Shown here one piece after another: positions 18,230-27,722 of a stretch of DNA of 48,604 nucleotides. The stretch is from an uncultured Candidatus Saccharibacteria bacterium (GTDB lineage Bacteria; Patescibacteriota; Dojkabacteria; SC72): the NCBI GenBank assembly GCA_964526165.1, contig CAZGKK010000001.1, forward strand, positions 1-48,604, in the 5' to 3' direction. The stretch's first letter is position 1. Each line of letters starts with the position of its first letter. The position numbers were made by a program, and so were the translations under genes. The notes beneath the pieces are model-generated. The model worked only from the letters and a program-made list of their open reading frames with translations, was not told the origin of the DNA and searched no databases.

Positions 18230-19239
18230 ATACAAAGAAAATTTCTTCTTTAGCAAAATTTGTTCTGATTTTCTTTGCAGTAGCAGTGATATTAATATTC
18301 ATAGTATTCAACAGCTACAAGAATGCTTTAAAGACTTCAAACTCAGACAATACTGATACCGTTTCATTCGAAATTAAAGAAGGCACATCTGTAGATCAAA
18401 TATTAAATGATTTGATTGGATCAAATCTGTTGAATAAGAGCCATCTTTACTTTACAAAGGCATACTTAAAATTCAATAAACTGGGAGACAAGATCCAGGC
18501 AGGTAATTACCAAATACCTCAGAACCTGACAATTGAGGAGCTAATCAAGACCCTCCAAAGTGCAAAAGATCAAGATATTTGGGTAACAATCCCAGAAGGT
18601 TTACGTAAAGATGAAATTGCAAATATCTTAGAGATAGAGTTAGGGAAATACGAGACAACAGAGTTCTCAAAGGAGGAATTTTTAGCAAAAACAGAAGATC
18701 CTGAATATATTAATCAATTGGAATTACCCATAGAAACAAACAATTTAGAGGGTTTCCTTTTCCCAGACAAATATGCCCTTTCACCAAACAGTACCACAGA
18801 TTCAGTTATTGTCCGACTCATTGAGAATTTCAAAACCAAGGTAACTGAGGAAATTAAGTATGAAGATATTATAATGGCAAGTATTGTCGAGAGAGAAGGG
18901 AACAATGGAGAAGACAGACCAATTATCGCCGGAATACTCCTGAAGAGGATTAGGGAGGGCTGGCTTATTCAGGCAGATGCCACTCTACTTTACTTAACAA
19001 AAGACTGGAAACACATTATCACAATTCAAGATAAAGAAAATGATAATCCTTATAACAGCTACAAAAAAGCTGGACTTCCACCCACTCCTATTTGCAATCC
19101 AGGCTTACAGGCTATTAATGCAACAATTAATCCAGAAGAGTCCCCATACTATTACTATATCCATGACAATGATGGTATTGTTAGATATGCTACGACACTT
19201 GAACAGCATAGCCAGAATGTTGCTAAATATTTAAGATAA
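18226..19239 (+). CDS. mltG: Endolytic murein transglycosylase MltG (YceG-like)
   Basis: 337 aa. N-terminal TM, ASIVEREG, and YNSYKKAGLPPTPICNPG typical of the YceG/MltG family. Confidence 0.9.
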   Translation: MNTKKISSLAKFVLIFFAVAVILIFIVFNSYKNALKTSNSDNTDTVSFEIKEGTSVDQILNDLIGSNLLNKSHLYFTKAYLKFNKLGDKIQAGNYQIPQNLTIEELIKTLQSAKDQDIWVTIPEGLRKDEIANILEIELGKYETTEFSKEEFLAKTEDPEYINQLELPIETNNLEGFLFPDKYALSPNSTTDSVIVRLIENFKTKVTEEIKYEDIIMASIVEREGNNGEDRPIIAGILLKRIREGWLIQADATLLYLTKDWKHIITIQDKENDNPYNSYKKAGLPPTPICNPGLQAINATINPEESPYYYYIHDNDGIVRYATTLEQHSQNVAKYLR

Positions 19240-19252
19240 TTCTGCTCCAAAG

Positions 19253-20737
19253 ATGTTACTTGACATTGACTTAACTAGTGGGGATTTGCAAAAAACACCT
19301 CCCCAAAGGGCTCCAACAAATCAAGCACCAAGGATTCCGTCAAATTCCCTACCAGAACAAAATAATCCTGCCCCTTTTTCAAAACCAAAGAAGAAAAAGA
19401 TTTGGCCAAGAATACTGTTGTTTACACTCGTAGCTATTGCGTTAGGAGCAACAGGATATTTTTTTTACAAAAGTTCCCAAATTTCCAAAGAAGTTGGATT
19501 CAAATTTGACATCGGGAATGTTATTACAACAAAAAAACCCGAATTAAAAAAGGATACCTCTGGAAAACATACGAATGTCCTTCTTGTTGGTGTGGATAGT
19601 AGAGAAAGCAATTTCATTTCCAACACTGATACTATTTTAGTTGCTTCTTACAATCACGAGACAAAGGATATTACTATGGTTTCAATCCCAAGAGATTTCT
19701 ATGTTGTCGTTGACCCTAAGGTAAAATGGTACGGAAGAATAAATACAATATACCCAAGTGCAGAGAGTAAGAAAGAGGGAGAAGGATTTCCTGCCCTATT
19801 AAATACAATCAAAGATGTCACAAATCTTGAAATTCAATACTATGCCATGGTTGATTTTAAGGCTTTTGTAGAGATAGTGGATCAACTAGGAGGATTAAGC
19901 ATTAATGTAGAAAACAGTTTCGTTGACAACGCATACCCTAGTGGTAATAAATACAAAACAATCAAATTTACTGCAGGTCCACAAGAGATGGATGGGGAAA
20001 CTGCTCTTGAGTATTCAAGATCAAGGCATTCATTACAGAACAATGAGGGTTCTGACTACGCAAGAGCAAGAAGACAACAGAAAGTAATAGTTGCGATTCA
20101 AGAAAAAATTGCTCAGAGTGATACCCTCAAAGACCCCAAAGCAATCATGGGAATATTTTCATCCTTAGTAAACAATATAAAAATTTCCGAATTCACTATA
20201 ACGGATATTCAAGCAGGATTAGATATTTTAGATGAATTCAAAACTAGTAATGGCAAAACAAATTCCTTTGTCCTAGACCCAAATGCAGGAGATGGGACAT
20301 TAATTGAAGTAAAGAAAATGGAAAATGGAGCTTTCGCTATTGGACCAGTAGAAGGTTTCGGAATTTATAAAAGAATTCATCAATATGTAAATCTTATAAC
20401 TACAAACCCAAGACTCTATTCTGAAGACCCTTCGATTTACCTCTACGATATAGGAATGGGTGCTATGGCAATAAACGCATTGGTAAAACAGATGAGAACC
20501 GATTTCCCTTACATCAATATCATAATTTCTTACCCTCTTTACTTAGGGAAGGAAGGTAACTATGTATATTCAAACGAAGAAGGACATGCAGAGTCAATTG
20601 CTCAATTCTCAAAATATCTAGAAACAGACAAAAATAGTGCCCCTGATTTTCTTGAGCCTAAACTCTCTCCAACAGGCGTAATAATCTTACTAGGTGTTAA
20701 ACCTACAACCCAACAAGATAACGAAAGTGAAATATAA
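19253..20737 (+). CDS. LytR-CpsA-Psr (LCP) family cell-envelope transferase
   Basis: 494 aa. TM anchor, then NVLLVGVDSRE, DTILVASYN, VSIPRD, RSRH and RQQ motifs of LCP proteins. Confidence 0.85.
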   Translation: MLLDIDLTSGDLQKTPPQRAPTNQAPRIPSNSLPEQNNPAPFSKPKKKKIWPRILLFTLVAIALGATGYFFYKSSQISKEVGFKFDIGNVITTKKPELKKDTSGKHTNVLLVGVDSRESNFISNTDTILVASYNHETKDITMVSIPRDFYVVVDPKVKWYGRINTIYPSAESKKEGEGFPALLNTIKDVTNLEIQYYAMVDFKAFVEIVDQLGGLSINVENSFVDNAYPSGNKYKTIKFTAGPQEMDGETALEYSRSRHSLQNNEGSDYARARRQQKVIVAIQEKIAQSDTLKDPKAIMGIFSSLVNNIKISEFTITDIQAGLDILDEFKTSNGKTNSFVLDPNAGDGTLIEVKKMENGAFAIGPVEGFGIYKRIHQYVNLITTNPRLYSEDPSIYLYDIGMGAMAINALVKQMRTDFPYINIIISYPLYLGKEGNYVYSNEEGHAESIAQFSKYLETDKNSAPDFLEPKLSPTGVIILLGVKPTTQQDNESEI

Positions 20738-21665
20738 ACTATATCATGGACAATCAGACTACTTGTCTTTACAATCTGCCCACAAATATATAGACAAGGA
20801 GAAGAAGGAGACCAATATTAAGGTTCTTGTTTTAAATGCAGATACATTAACTCCTCAACAAATAATTGACGTTCTTTCTTCTCAAGACCTTTTCTCAACA
20901 AAAAGACTTCTCTTTTTCAAAAGGCTTTACAAAAACAAAAACAAGGATGCCTTTCTTTCTGAATTTACTACAATACTTAAAAATAGTAAGTCTAATGATA
21001 TTGTTATTTTATGGGAAGATCAAAAGATAAAAGCAAATACAAAGTACTTCAAGTTCTTTAATGAGACCAAATCTCTAGAAGAAGCATTGAAACTCGACAA
21101 AAGGAGTTTCTTCCCTTGGTTAAGAAAAGAAATCGAAGAGCAGAATCTGGAAATTGAAAAAGATGCAATCAGATTACTTGCAGAGAGAATAAACTATGAC
21201 CCTGAAAGATGTTCAAATGAACTGAAGAAGCTTAAATTAATAGTAAAAGATAATAAAATTACAATCTCAGATGTAGAATTACTAATATCTGATACGCTAG
21301 AAAAGGACATCTGGAATCTAATCGACTCAATCAACAAGAAAGATAACATTCAAAGTACGAATATCCTTGAAAGATTGATGGTTCAAAATATCGACTCAAA
21401 TTACATAATCTCAATGCTTGCAAGAAATCTTAGATTAATTGCTCAAACAAAATATTTACTTGAAGAGAGTGCAACAACTTCAAATATCGCAAAAACACTT
21501 AAAATTCCTCCTTTCACCGTACCTTTACTCATAAAATCTTCCAAAGAGTATTCTGAGAGTAAAATCAAAATGCTTTATACTAAAATGTCCAATCTAGATT
21601 ACCAAATAAAGAAGGGGTTGATAAATCCAGACCTGGGAATCACTCTTCTCTCTTCAATACTGTAA
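20694..21665 (+). CDS. holA: DNA polymerase III delta subunit (HolA)-like; start uncertain (GTG at 20727 is an alternative)
   Basis: About 320 aa. General delta-subunit layout (LYHGQSDYL near the N-terminus, NELKKLKL, LARNLRLI). Weak motif-level recognition only. Confidence 0.55.
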   Translation: MLNLQPNKITKVKYKLYHGQSDYLSLQSAHKYIDKEKKETNIKVLVLNADTLTPQQIIDVLSSQDLFSTKRLLFFKRLYKNKNKDAFLSEFTTILKNSKSNDIVILWEDQKIKANTKYFKFFNETKSLEEALKLDKRSFFPWLRKEIEEQNLEIEKDAIRLLAERINYDPERCSNELKKLKLIVKDNKITISDVELLISDTLEKDIWNLIDSINKKDNIQSTNILERLMVQNIDSNYIISMLARNLRLIAQTKYLLEESATTSNIAKTLKIPPFTVPLLIKSSKEYSESKIKMLYTKMSNLDYQIKKGLINPDLGITLLSSIL

Positions 21666-21672
21666 TCATTTA

Positions 21673-21701
21673 TTGACAGTCTTAGATTATTAACATAAAC
21701 T
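21673..21701 (+). promoter_or_regulatory. Sigma70-like promoter for the 21741 surface-protein gene
   Basis: TTGACA (21673-21678), 17-nt spacer, TAAACT (21696-21701). Confidence 0.4.
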
Positions 21702-21740
21702 CTAAGAAGGCAAATGCTTTAACTTTTGCCTATCCAAAAT

Positions 21741-23522
21741 ATGGAAGAGGTCAGAAGAGTAACCACAACAAAAAAGAGTAACCGGTTAGTTAACACACTA
21801 TTAATTGTTGCTGGGGCTTTAGGATTGGCTTTAATCCTAGTGGCCATATATTTCTACATGATTAAACCCAACACACAGAAACCGCAAGTCACATCAAAAG
21901 TTTGTGTGTGTTACTATGTTGACCCAGCTGTTACCACTGAGTGTGGAGATCCAAGGAAAGGATTTCTTTTCAAAGAGGTAACTACGCAAGGGGATACTTC
22001 ATGTCAAAGTCAGTGTCAAACAAGCTCATTATCTATGACTGACATTGAGAGTAACACAAAGCAAGAGCTTTTCTTGTCCTGTTCTATGTCCAGTATTCAA
22101 GATACAAGATGTACCGAAATGACAATTTTGAACAAAGCCGGAAAAATTGTTGTTGGGAATATACCTGAAGATGAAGAAATTACTGTGGAAGCCAAATTTG
22201 ACAAGAAATATGAGAATCCAACATTCAAAATCAACAATACTAACGAAGAGCCAGATTCTATATCTGATGATGGCCTTAGTATAAAGAAAAAATTCTCGTC
22301 ATTTAAGACAACTACTCTTGATATTGTTGCAACTGCTGACGGAGAAGACGGAGAACCTATTAATTCGCCACTTTGTAAAAGATTAATTGAGGTAGAACAG
22401 AAAGGACAATCGTCCGTTACGGGTCTACTACTATCTAAAAGAAACACAGAAACTACTACAAAGATTTCTGAGGCCATCCTTAGGATATCAAATGTTACAG
22501 ATGCAAATGATATAAAGATTAGTTTCTCTTTTGACAATGAAGATTTCGCAGAATTAAGTATGATGAAAGGTTTTTCTCTCGATACTTCAAGAGGTGAATT
22601 CTCCATTATTGAACAAGATTTGTACAATTCAGAGAACTTTGTAGATGCAGTAAGTTTCTCCCAATTAGATGGATATATTGGAGAGCTTACTGTGAAAACG
22701 GAAATTTCAAGATTAGGTGCTTCTCTTGGAAGCGCCGAAGCAACAATTACATTTGACGAGCCTGAGACTGAACCAGAGGAACCAGAAGAACCAGAGGAAC
22801 CGGAAGAACCAGAGGAACCGGAAGAACCATTAGAATCGAATTTCTCAATTACAACTACAACCAACCTCACTTGTATTGAAAGAGTTGAACCAAATAATAC
22901 GATAATCTTTACTGTTAATATCAAAAACAATTCAACAATTTCTCAAAGTGTTTTAGGGATTACAGATAAATTACCCCTCGGTTTTACATATATTGCAGAC
23001 TCAACAAAAATCAATAACATAAGCATGTCAGATAGAAACTACTTAACGACTGAGCAAGTAGGTGAGACAACAGAGCTTGTATGGGAAACAGCTGATGGTT
23101 GGTCTATTGATTCAAACCAATCTTTAGTAATTGTTTTCCAAGCTATTGCTGGACCAAATGCACTCACCGGAGAAAACCAAAACGAAGTTGTAATTGAACC
23201 TGCTCAAGTTCCAACTGACCCAGCGACATTAAGAGCATCTTCAGCAGTGACTGTCTCTCAAAACTGTAATCCAACAGATGAGACTGAACAAACACCTGAA
23301 ACGGGAATCTTTGATGAAATAGCAATCCAAATTGGAGCCGGAATACTTGTCATTCTTGTAGGTTGGTACATACACTCAAAACCATTTGGACAATTACTTG
23401 CAAAAAAGGTAGTAAATTCTGGAGTTTTCCATGGAGCTGAAATGACATCTTGGAAATTATTCAAACCAAAGAAATACTTCGAAGAGATTACGATTAAGAA
23501 AATAAAGAAGAAAGGAAGTTAG
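21741..23522 (+). CDS. Surface protein with (PEE)n linker, DUF11-like repeat domain and C-terminal TM (the track start at 21726 is TTG)
   Basis: N-terminal TM (LVNTLLIVAGALGLALILVAIYFYMI) and a Cys-rich segment. PEEPEEPEEPEEPEEPEEP linker. DUF11-like block (ITDKLPLGFTYIADSTKIN). TPETG is followed by the hydrophobic helix IAIQIGAGILVILVGWYIH. Confidence 0.6.
   Translation: MEEVRRVTTTKKSNRLVNTLLIVAGALGLALILVAIYFYMIKPNTQKPQVTSKVCVCYYVDPAVTTECGDPRKGFLFKEVTTQGDTSCQSQCQTSSLSMTDIESNTKQELFLSCSMSSIQDTRCTEMTILNKAGKIVVGNIPEDEEITVEAKFDKKYENPTFKINNTNEEPDSISDDGLSIKKKFSSFKTTTLDIVATADGEDGEPINSPLCKRLIEVEQKGQSSVTGLLLSKRNTETTTKISEAILRISNVTDANDIKISFSFDNEDFAELSMMKGFSLDTSRGEFSIIEQDLYNSENFVDAVSFSQLDGYIGELTVKTEISRLGASLGSAEATITFDEPETEPEEPEEPEEPEEPEEPEEPLESNFSITTTTNLTCIERVEPNNTIIFTVNIKNNSTISQSVLGITDKLPLGFTYIADSTKINNISMSDRNYLTTEQVGETTELVWETADGWSIDSNQSLVIVFQAIAGPNALTGENQNEVVIEPAQVPTDPATLRASSAVTVSQNCNPTDETEQTPETGIFDEIAIQIGAGILVILVGWYIHSKPFGQLLAKKVVNSGVFHGAEMTSWKLFKPKKYFEEITIKKIKKKGS
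22761..22829 (+). repeat. In-frame 9-nt (gaaccagag/gaaccggaa) tandem repeat encoding (PEE)n
   Basis: Read directly in the 22761-22829 interval; encodes EPETEPEEPEEPEEPEEPEEPEEP. Confidence 0.85.
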
Positions 23523-23926
23523 AGATTCATCAAAACGAACTCTAATGGTCTCCCGCCATTACCGAAACCTTGTCCGTTTGAATTAATCAAATAGTAATAC
23601 CTCTCCTTTGTCAAAAGCTTTTCGAGTACAACTTCATGACTTTGACTCCTGTACCCCGAAACGAAATCAAGACCAACCTTATCCAAACTCTCCCTGTTAA
23701 ATCCATATTGAACAAAACCCATACATTTTCCTTTTGTTTCCCAAGTAATCTTTGCACTAAACTCCTCTACCCCCTTAGAAACAAAAAGATTATAAGGAGT
23801 ACAATCACCTTGGGAAACAAACAAAGAGTCGAAACCACCAACATTTTTCTTGAAAAGTAGAAAAATTGAAGATGATACTAAGATAACAACTAAACCAATT
23901 ATTATACTAAAAATTTTCTTGCTCAT
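23519..23926 (-). CDS. Hypothetical membrane-anchored protein (FN3-like)
   Basis: 135 aa. N-terminal TM, then FSAKITWETKGKCMGFVQYG, resembling the beta-sandwich start seen in the partial ORF at 1-190. Confidence 0.45.
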   Translation of the reverse strand: MSKKIFSIIIGLVVILVSSSIFLLFKKNVGGFDSLFVSQGDCTPYNLFVSKGVEEFSAKITWETKGKCMGFVQYGFNRESLDKVGLDFVSGYRSQSHEVVLEKLLTKERYYYLINSNGQGFGNGGRPLEFVLMNL

Positions 23927-24365
23927 TTCTCTCTTCTACTATAATATAACTTTTTTCTTGAGATGAATTATACCCATCCGAGACTCTAAGAGTGAAACTA
24001 ACCGTACCTGCCACATCGGGAACGCCCTGTACAATATCGTCCTTGACATAAAGCCAATCAGGAGAATCAACAAGCTCAAGTACTAATTCGGACTCCTCAT
24101 TATCTAAATCTACCAACCTCGGTATATATTGATACATGTCTCCTACAGCTATTAGAATTGGTGCTTGAGAGAGGATATATGGGATACCTTCACTCTTGGC
24201 ATCAACATTCTCCTCGACTATGCTATCCTGCACTCCTAGAATTGCTTGCTCTTTTGGACGATTTAGAAACATATATACCGAAGCGAAGCTCAACATAAAA
24301 AGGACAACCAAGGAACTCAGTACTATCTTAATCTCCCTACTCTTTTGCATAATAAAGAATACCAC
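23907..24365 (-). CDS. Hypothetical membrane-anchored protein with putative Ig (dystroglycan/cadherin-like) domain
   Basis: 152 aa. TM anchor, then YQYIPRLVDLDNEESELVLELVDSPDWLYV...GVPDVAGTVSFTLRVSDGYNS. This is the same domain type as in the 13608 protein. Confidence 0.5.
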   Translation of the reverse strand: MVFFIMQKSREIKIVLSSLVVLFMLSFASVYMFLNRPKEQAILGVQDSIVEENVDAKSEGIPYILSQAPILIAVGDMYQYIPRLVDLDNEESELVLELVDSPDWLYVKDDIVQGVPDVAGTVSFTLRVSDGYNSSQEKSYIIVEERNEQENF

Positions 24366-24443
24366 AAAAAAGATTGTTTACAAACAAGAAAAATATAGCT
24401 ATAATACCCTGAATAGCAATAATAATTATATATTTATACAGAA

Positions 24444-24740
24444 ATGCCAAATTTAAAAACATCTATCAAAGACTTACGAAAGAGCCAAAGGAGAGAGACA
24501 ATAAACAACAGGCTTAGAAACAGAGTCAAAAGAGTTACAAAAAAACATGCCAATTTAGTCAAACAGGGAAACAAGGAAGAAGTAAAAAAGAATCTAATCA
24601 ATGTTTACAAGATCCTTGATAAAGCTGCAAAGAAGAATGTTATAAAAAAAGGTAAAGCTGATAGGTTAAAATCAAGACTTACCAAAAATTTAAACAAACT
24701 AGCCCAAGATAATGTCAAAACTTCTAAAAAGGATTCTTAA
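24444..24740 (+). CDS. rpsT: 30S ribosomal protein S20
   Basis: 98 aa. MPNLKTSIKDLRKSQRRETINNRLRNRVK and the basic helical composition are typical of S20. Confidence 0.9.
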   Translation: MPNLKTSIKDLRKSQRRETINNRLRNRVKRVTKKHANLVKQGNKEEVKKNLINVYKILDKAAKKNVIKKGKADRLKSRLTKNLNKLAQDNVKTSKKDS

Positions 24741-25260
24741 AATTTCAGTTTGGCCTGCTGTTTTAATGATTGCAGGAAAACTTTTAGGAATTATTATTGC
24801 AAATATTGCTTACAAGTTAGATTTTTTCATTGACAACCAAATTCAAGGTATTTTTTCCATCCAGCTCTACTATACTGATACGGCAACAACACTACTTGTA
24901 AACTCTGTATCGAACCTTTTTATGATAATCATTTTAGCAGTACCCACTATTTACTTCATCATCAAAACTTCAATATATCAATCAACTCTTCAAAATCCTA
25001 GAACCATAGTAAAAATTACGAAATTGAATGTACTAAGTTGGATAACAAAAAATGACACATCATTCCTCCTTATTTTTGTTTGGTGCTCGTTCCTTCTAGT
25101 AGCTTCATTAATCATTATTGCTCAAAGTATTCAAGGAATTTCATACTCATGGATCGGAGGACTCTCTGCTGTGTTAGCAATATTCTCAATATGGGGAACT
25201 ATAAAGACATATGAATTGGAAATTGATAAAATATATCCAAAAGAGAAGGAGCTATATTAA
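24712..25260 (+). CDS. Hypothetical polytopic membrane protein (start uncertain; overlaps rpsT by 29 nt)
   Basis: 182 aa with about 4-5 hydrophobic helices. No recognisable motif. Confidence 0.45.
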   Translation: MSKLLKRILKISVWPAVLMIAGKLLGIIIANIAYKLDFFIDNQIQGIFSIQLYYTDTATTLLVNSVSNLFMIIILAVPTIYFIIKTSIYQSTLQNPRTIVKITKLNVLSWITKNDTSFLLIFVWCSFLLVASLIIIAQSIQGISYSWIGGLSAVLAIFSIWGTIKTYELEIDKIYPKEKELY

Positions 25261-25808
25261 TGAAAAAACAAAACTTACTACCACAAATTGTCGAACCTTT
25301 TGCCATAGTTGTATTGCTAGCTTTCTTCATTGTCCCAACCCTTACTGTGATTAATCTCTCACCAATAACAAAGGAAGTAAAAAAAGAGAATGTACTTGGT
25401 GTAAACACATTTAGTTCAAATATCGATGTAAGAGACTTAGGAGGTTTCCATGAAATTATTAAGGGAGAAAGTCTATCTAAGACAAACGAGAGTGAGTATT
25501 TGTACAAAACAACAATACATAGAAGAGATAATTTAAAAACATATTCGAAACCAATTCTTCAGATTCAAAACAATGGTTTTTCACCAGTAGTCCTCTCATT
25601 CTACGGCTATACAGATAGTAGAACTGATACAAAGGTTACACTCAAAATCGGAAGAAATTCATATCTACTAAGAGATGAGAATGGTCAATTATATCATCAA
25701 GATTTTTTCCTAGAACCAACATCTAATACAACAGTCTACTTATATCTTGAGAACAGTAATAGGATACTTTTTTCTGAAAACTTTGAGATGGAGCTGTCTA
25801 TTAAGTAA
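25260..25808 (+). CDS. Hypothetical secreted/anchored protein
   Basis: 182 aa. N-terminal hydrophobic segment (FAIVVLLAFFIVPTL). TAATG coupling to the upstream ORF. Confidence 0.45.
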   Translation: MKKQNLLPQIVEPFAIVVLLAFFIVPTLTVINLSPITKEVKKENVLGVNTFSSNIDVRDLGGFHEIIKGESLSKTNESEYLYKTTIHRRDNLKTYSKPILQIQNNGFSPVVLSFYGYTDSRTDTKVTLKIGRNSYLLRDENGQLYHQDFFLEPTSNTTVYLYLENSNRILFSENFEMELSIK

Positions 25809-25855
25809 GAACCTTTCTTTAAAGAAGAAAACAATTACCCTTGTCGAATAAAATA

Positions 25856-25881
25856 CCTATACAAAAAGCTTTTTGTATAGG
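25856..25881. promoter_or_regulatory. Perfect 26-bp palindrome abutting a TATAAT box upstream of lepA
   Basis: CCTATACAAAAAGCTTTTTGTATAGG equals its own reverse complement. TATAAT at 25883-25888; lepA ATG at 25896. Confidence 0.5.
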
Positions 25882-25895
25882 GTATAATCTAAGAT

Positions 25896-27722
25896 ATGTC
25901 AAAATATACTTCACTAGATAAAATCAGAAATTTCTCGATTATCGCCCATATTGACCATGGCAAATCTACCTTGGCAGATAGAATGCTCGAGGCTGTACAC
26001 AATAAAAATATTGAGAGAAAGAAAAAAACAAGATTACTAGATAGGCTTGACCTTGAGCAGGAAAAGGGTATTACTATAAAACTTCAGGCTTGTAAGATGG
26101 CATGGAAAGGATATGAACTTAATCTCATTGATACTCCAGGACATGTAGATTTCTCGTATGAAGTATCTAGATCTTTAGCTGCATGCGAATCTGCACTTCT
26201 TCTGGTTGATGCAAGTCAAGGGATACAAGCTCAAACAATTTCAAACACAAAAAAAGCACTCGATTTGGGATTAAAACTCATACCTGTACTTAACAAGATT
26301 GATTTACCAAATATAAATATTGAGGAAAGAGAGAAAGAAATTGAGGCTCTTTTAGGTTTTTCAAAAGATGAGATAATCAAAGTCTCTGGAAAAACAGGAG
26401 AGAATGTAAATCTACTTCTGGATAGAATTATTCAACAATCCCCTCCTCCTTCAGGAGACAAGAATAAACCCTTGAGGGCTTTGGTGTTTGATTCCTTTTA
26501 CGATGAACATAGGGGTGTAGTCATTGCAGTAAGGATCTTTGATGGTGAATATACCTACTCTCCCGGGAAAACAGAAGAGCTTTTCATGATACAAAGAAAA
26601 CAGTTTTTTAGGCCAACAGAAATTGGCATATTTAACCCCGATCTTGAAGAGATAGAGAAATTAAGCGCTGGAGAGGTTGGATATATTGCTACTGGAATGA
26701 AGGATATTAGTTTCTTTACAGTAGGGGATACAATATCAAACAATAAGGACACTGCTCCACTTGAAGGATACCAGATACCAAAACCAAATATGTATGCTAC
26801 TTTCTTCCCAACAGATTCCGAAGATTACGAAAATCTAAAAATTGCACTTACAAAACTCTCCTTGAATGATGCCTCCCTCTCTTTTACTAATCAAAGATCA
26901 AATCTACTTGGTTCTGGTTTCCGTTGCGGTTTCTTAGGATTGCTGCATATGGAAATAGTACAGGAAAGGTTAGAAAGAGAGTACGACATTGATTTGATTG
27001 TTACTGCACCAACCGTTGAGTATCAGATTACAAAAACTGATGGGAACGAAATGACGATTCAGACCGCCCAAGAGTTACCAGATCCTGCACAGATTAAAGA
27101 GATAAGGGAGCCATGGGTCAGAGCTGAAATCATGACTCCTGAGAAATACTTAGGCGATTTAATGTCTCTTTGCCAATTAAAAAGAGGTGAGTATGTAAAC
27201 ACTATTTATCTCAACTCAAACTCAGGTGATATTCAATTAAAAGACCAATATATAGTTCTTGAATATGATATGCCCCTTGTATCTTTAATCTCCAACTTCT
27301 TTGACCAAATGAAAAATATATCTAGTGGTTATGCTTCTATGGAATATGAATTTATTGATTATTTCCCCACAGATATAGTTGAAGTATCAATACTAGTAAA
27401 TCATGAAGAAGTCTCCGTATTAAATTTTCTTGAAGTTAGAGAGTTGGCAAGATCAAAGGCTGTTAAACTTCTTGAGGTTATGAAGGATGTTATACCAAGA
27501 CAACAATTCTCTATCCCTTTGCAAGCAGCAATTAATGCAACAATTATTGCGCGAGAAGACGTAAAAGCCTTTAGGAAAGATGTCACTGCAAAACTCTACG
27601 GTGGCGACTACTCAAGAAAGAAAAAATTGCTTGAGAAACAAAAAAAGGGAAAGAAAAGATTAAAACAAATCGGACAGGTAAGCATTCCTCAAGATGCATT
27701 CTTAGCTATACTCAAAACATAA
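25896..27722 (+). CDS. lepA: Elongation factor 4 (LepA)
   Basis: 608 aa. AHIDHGKST, DTPGHVDF, NKIDL, and the LepA-specific C-terminal domain ending GKKRLKQIGQVSIPQDAFLAIL. Confidence 0.95.
   Translation: MSKYTSLDKIRNFSIIAHIDHGKSTLADRMLEAVHNKNIERKKKTRLLDRLDLEQEKGITIKLQACKMAWKGYELNLIDTPGHVDFSYEVSRSLAACESALLLVDASQGIQAQTISNTKKALDLGLKLIPVLNKIDLPNINIEEREKEIEALLGFSKDEIIKVSGKTGENVNLLLDRIIQQSPPPSGDKNKPLRALVFDSFYDEHRGVVIAVRIFDGEYTYSPGKTEELFMIQRKQFFRPTEIGIFNPDLEEIEKLSAGEVGYIATGMKDISFFTVGDTISNNKDTAPLEGYQIPKPNMYATFFPTDSEDYENLKIALTKLSLNDASLSFTNQRSNLLGSGFRCGFLGLLHMEIVQERLEREYDIDLIVTAPTVEYQITKTDGNEMTIQTAQELPDPAQIKEIREPWVRAEIMTPEKYLGDLMSLCQLKRGEYVNTIYLNSNSGDIQLKDQYIVLEYDMPLVSLISNFFDQMKNISSGYASMEYEFIDYFPTDIVEVSILVNHEEVSVLNFLEVRELARSKAVKLLEVMKDVIPRQQFSIPLQAAINATIIAREDVKAFRKDVTAKLYGGDYSRKKKLLEKQKKGKKRLKQIGQVSIPQDAFLAILKT

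Noticed and set aside
25260-25330. N-terminus MKKQNLLPQIVEPFAIVVLL, considered as a type IV pilin-like class III signal.
   Set aside because: It lacks the G/FTLxE-type cleavage motif: there is no Gly before the hydrophobic segment, and the Glu position does not fit.
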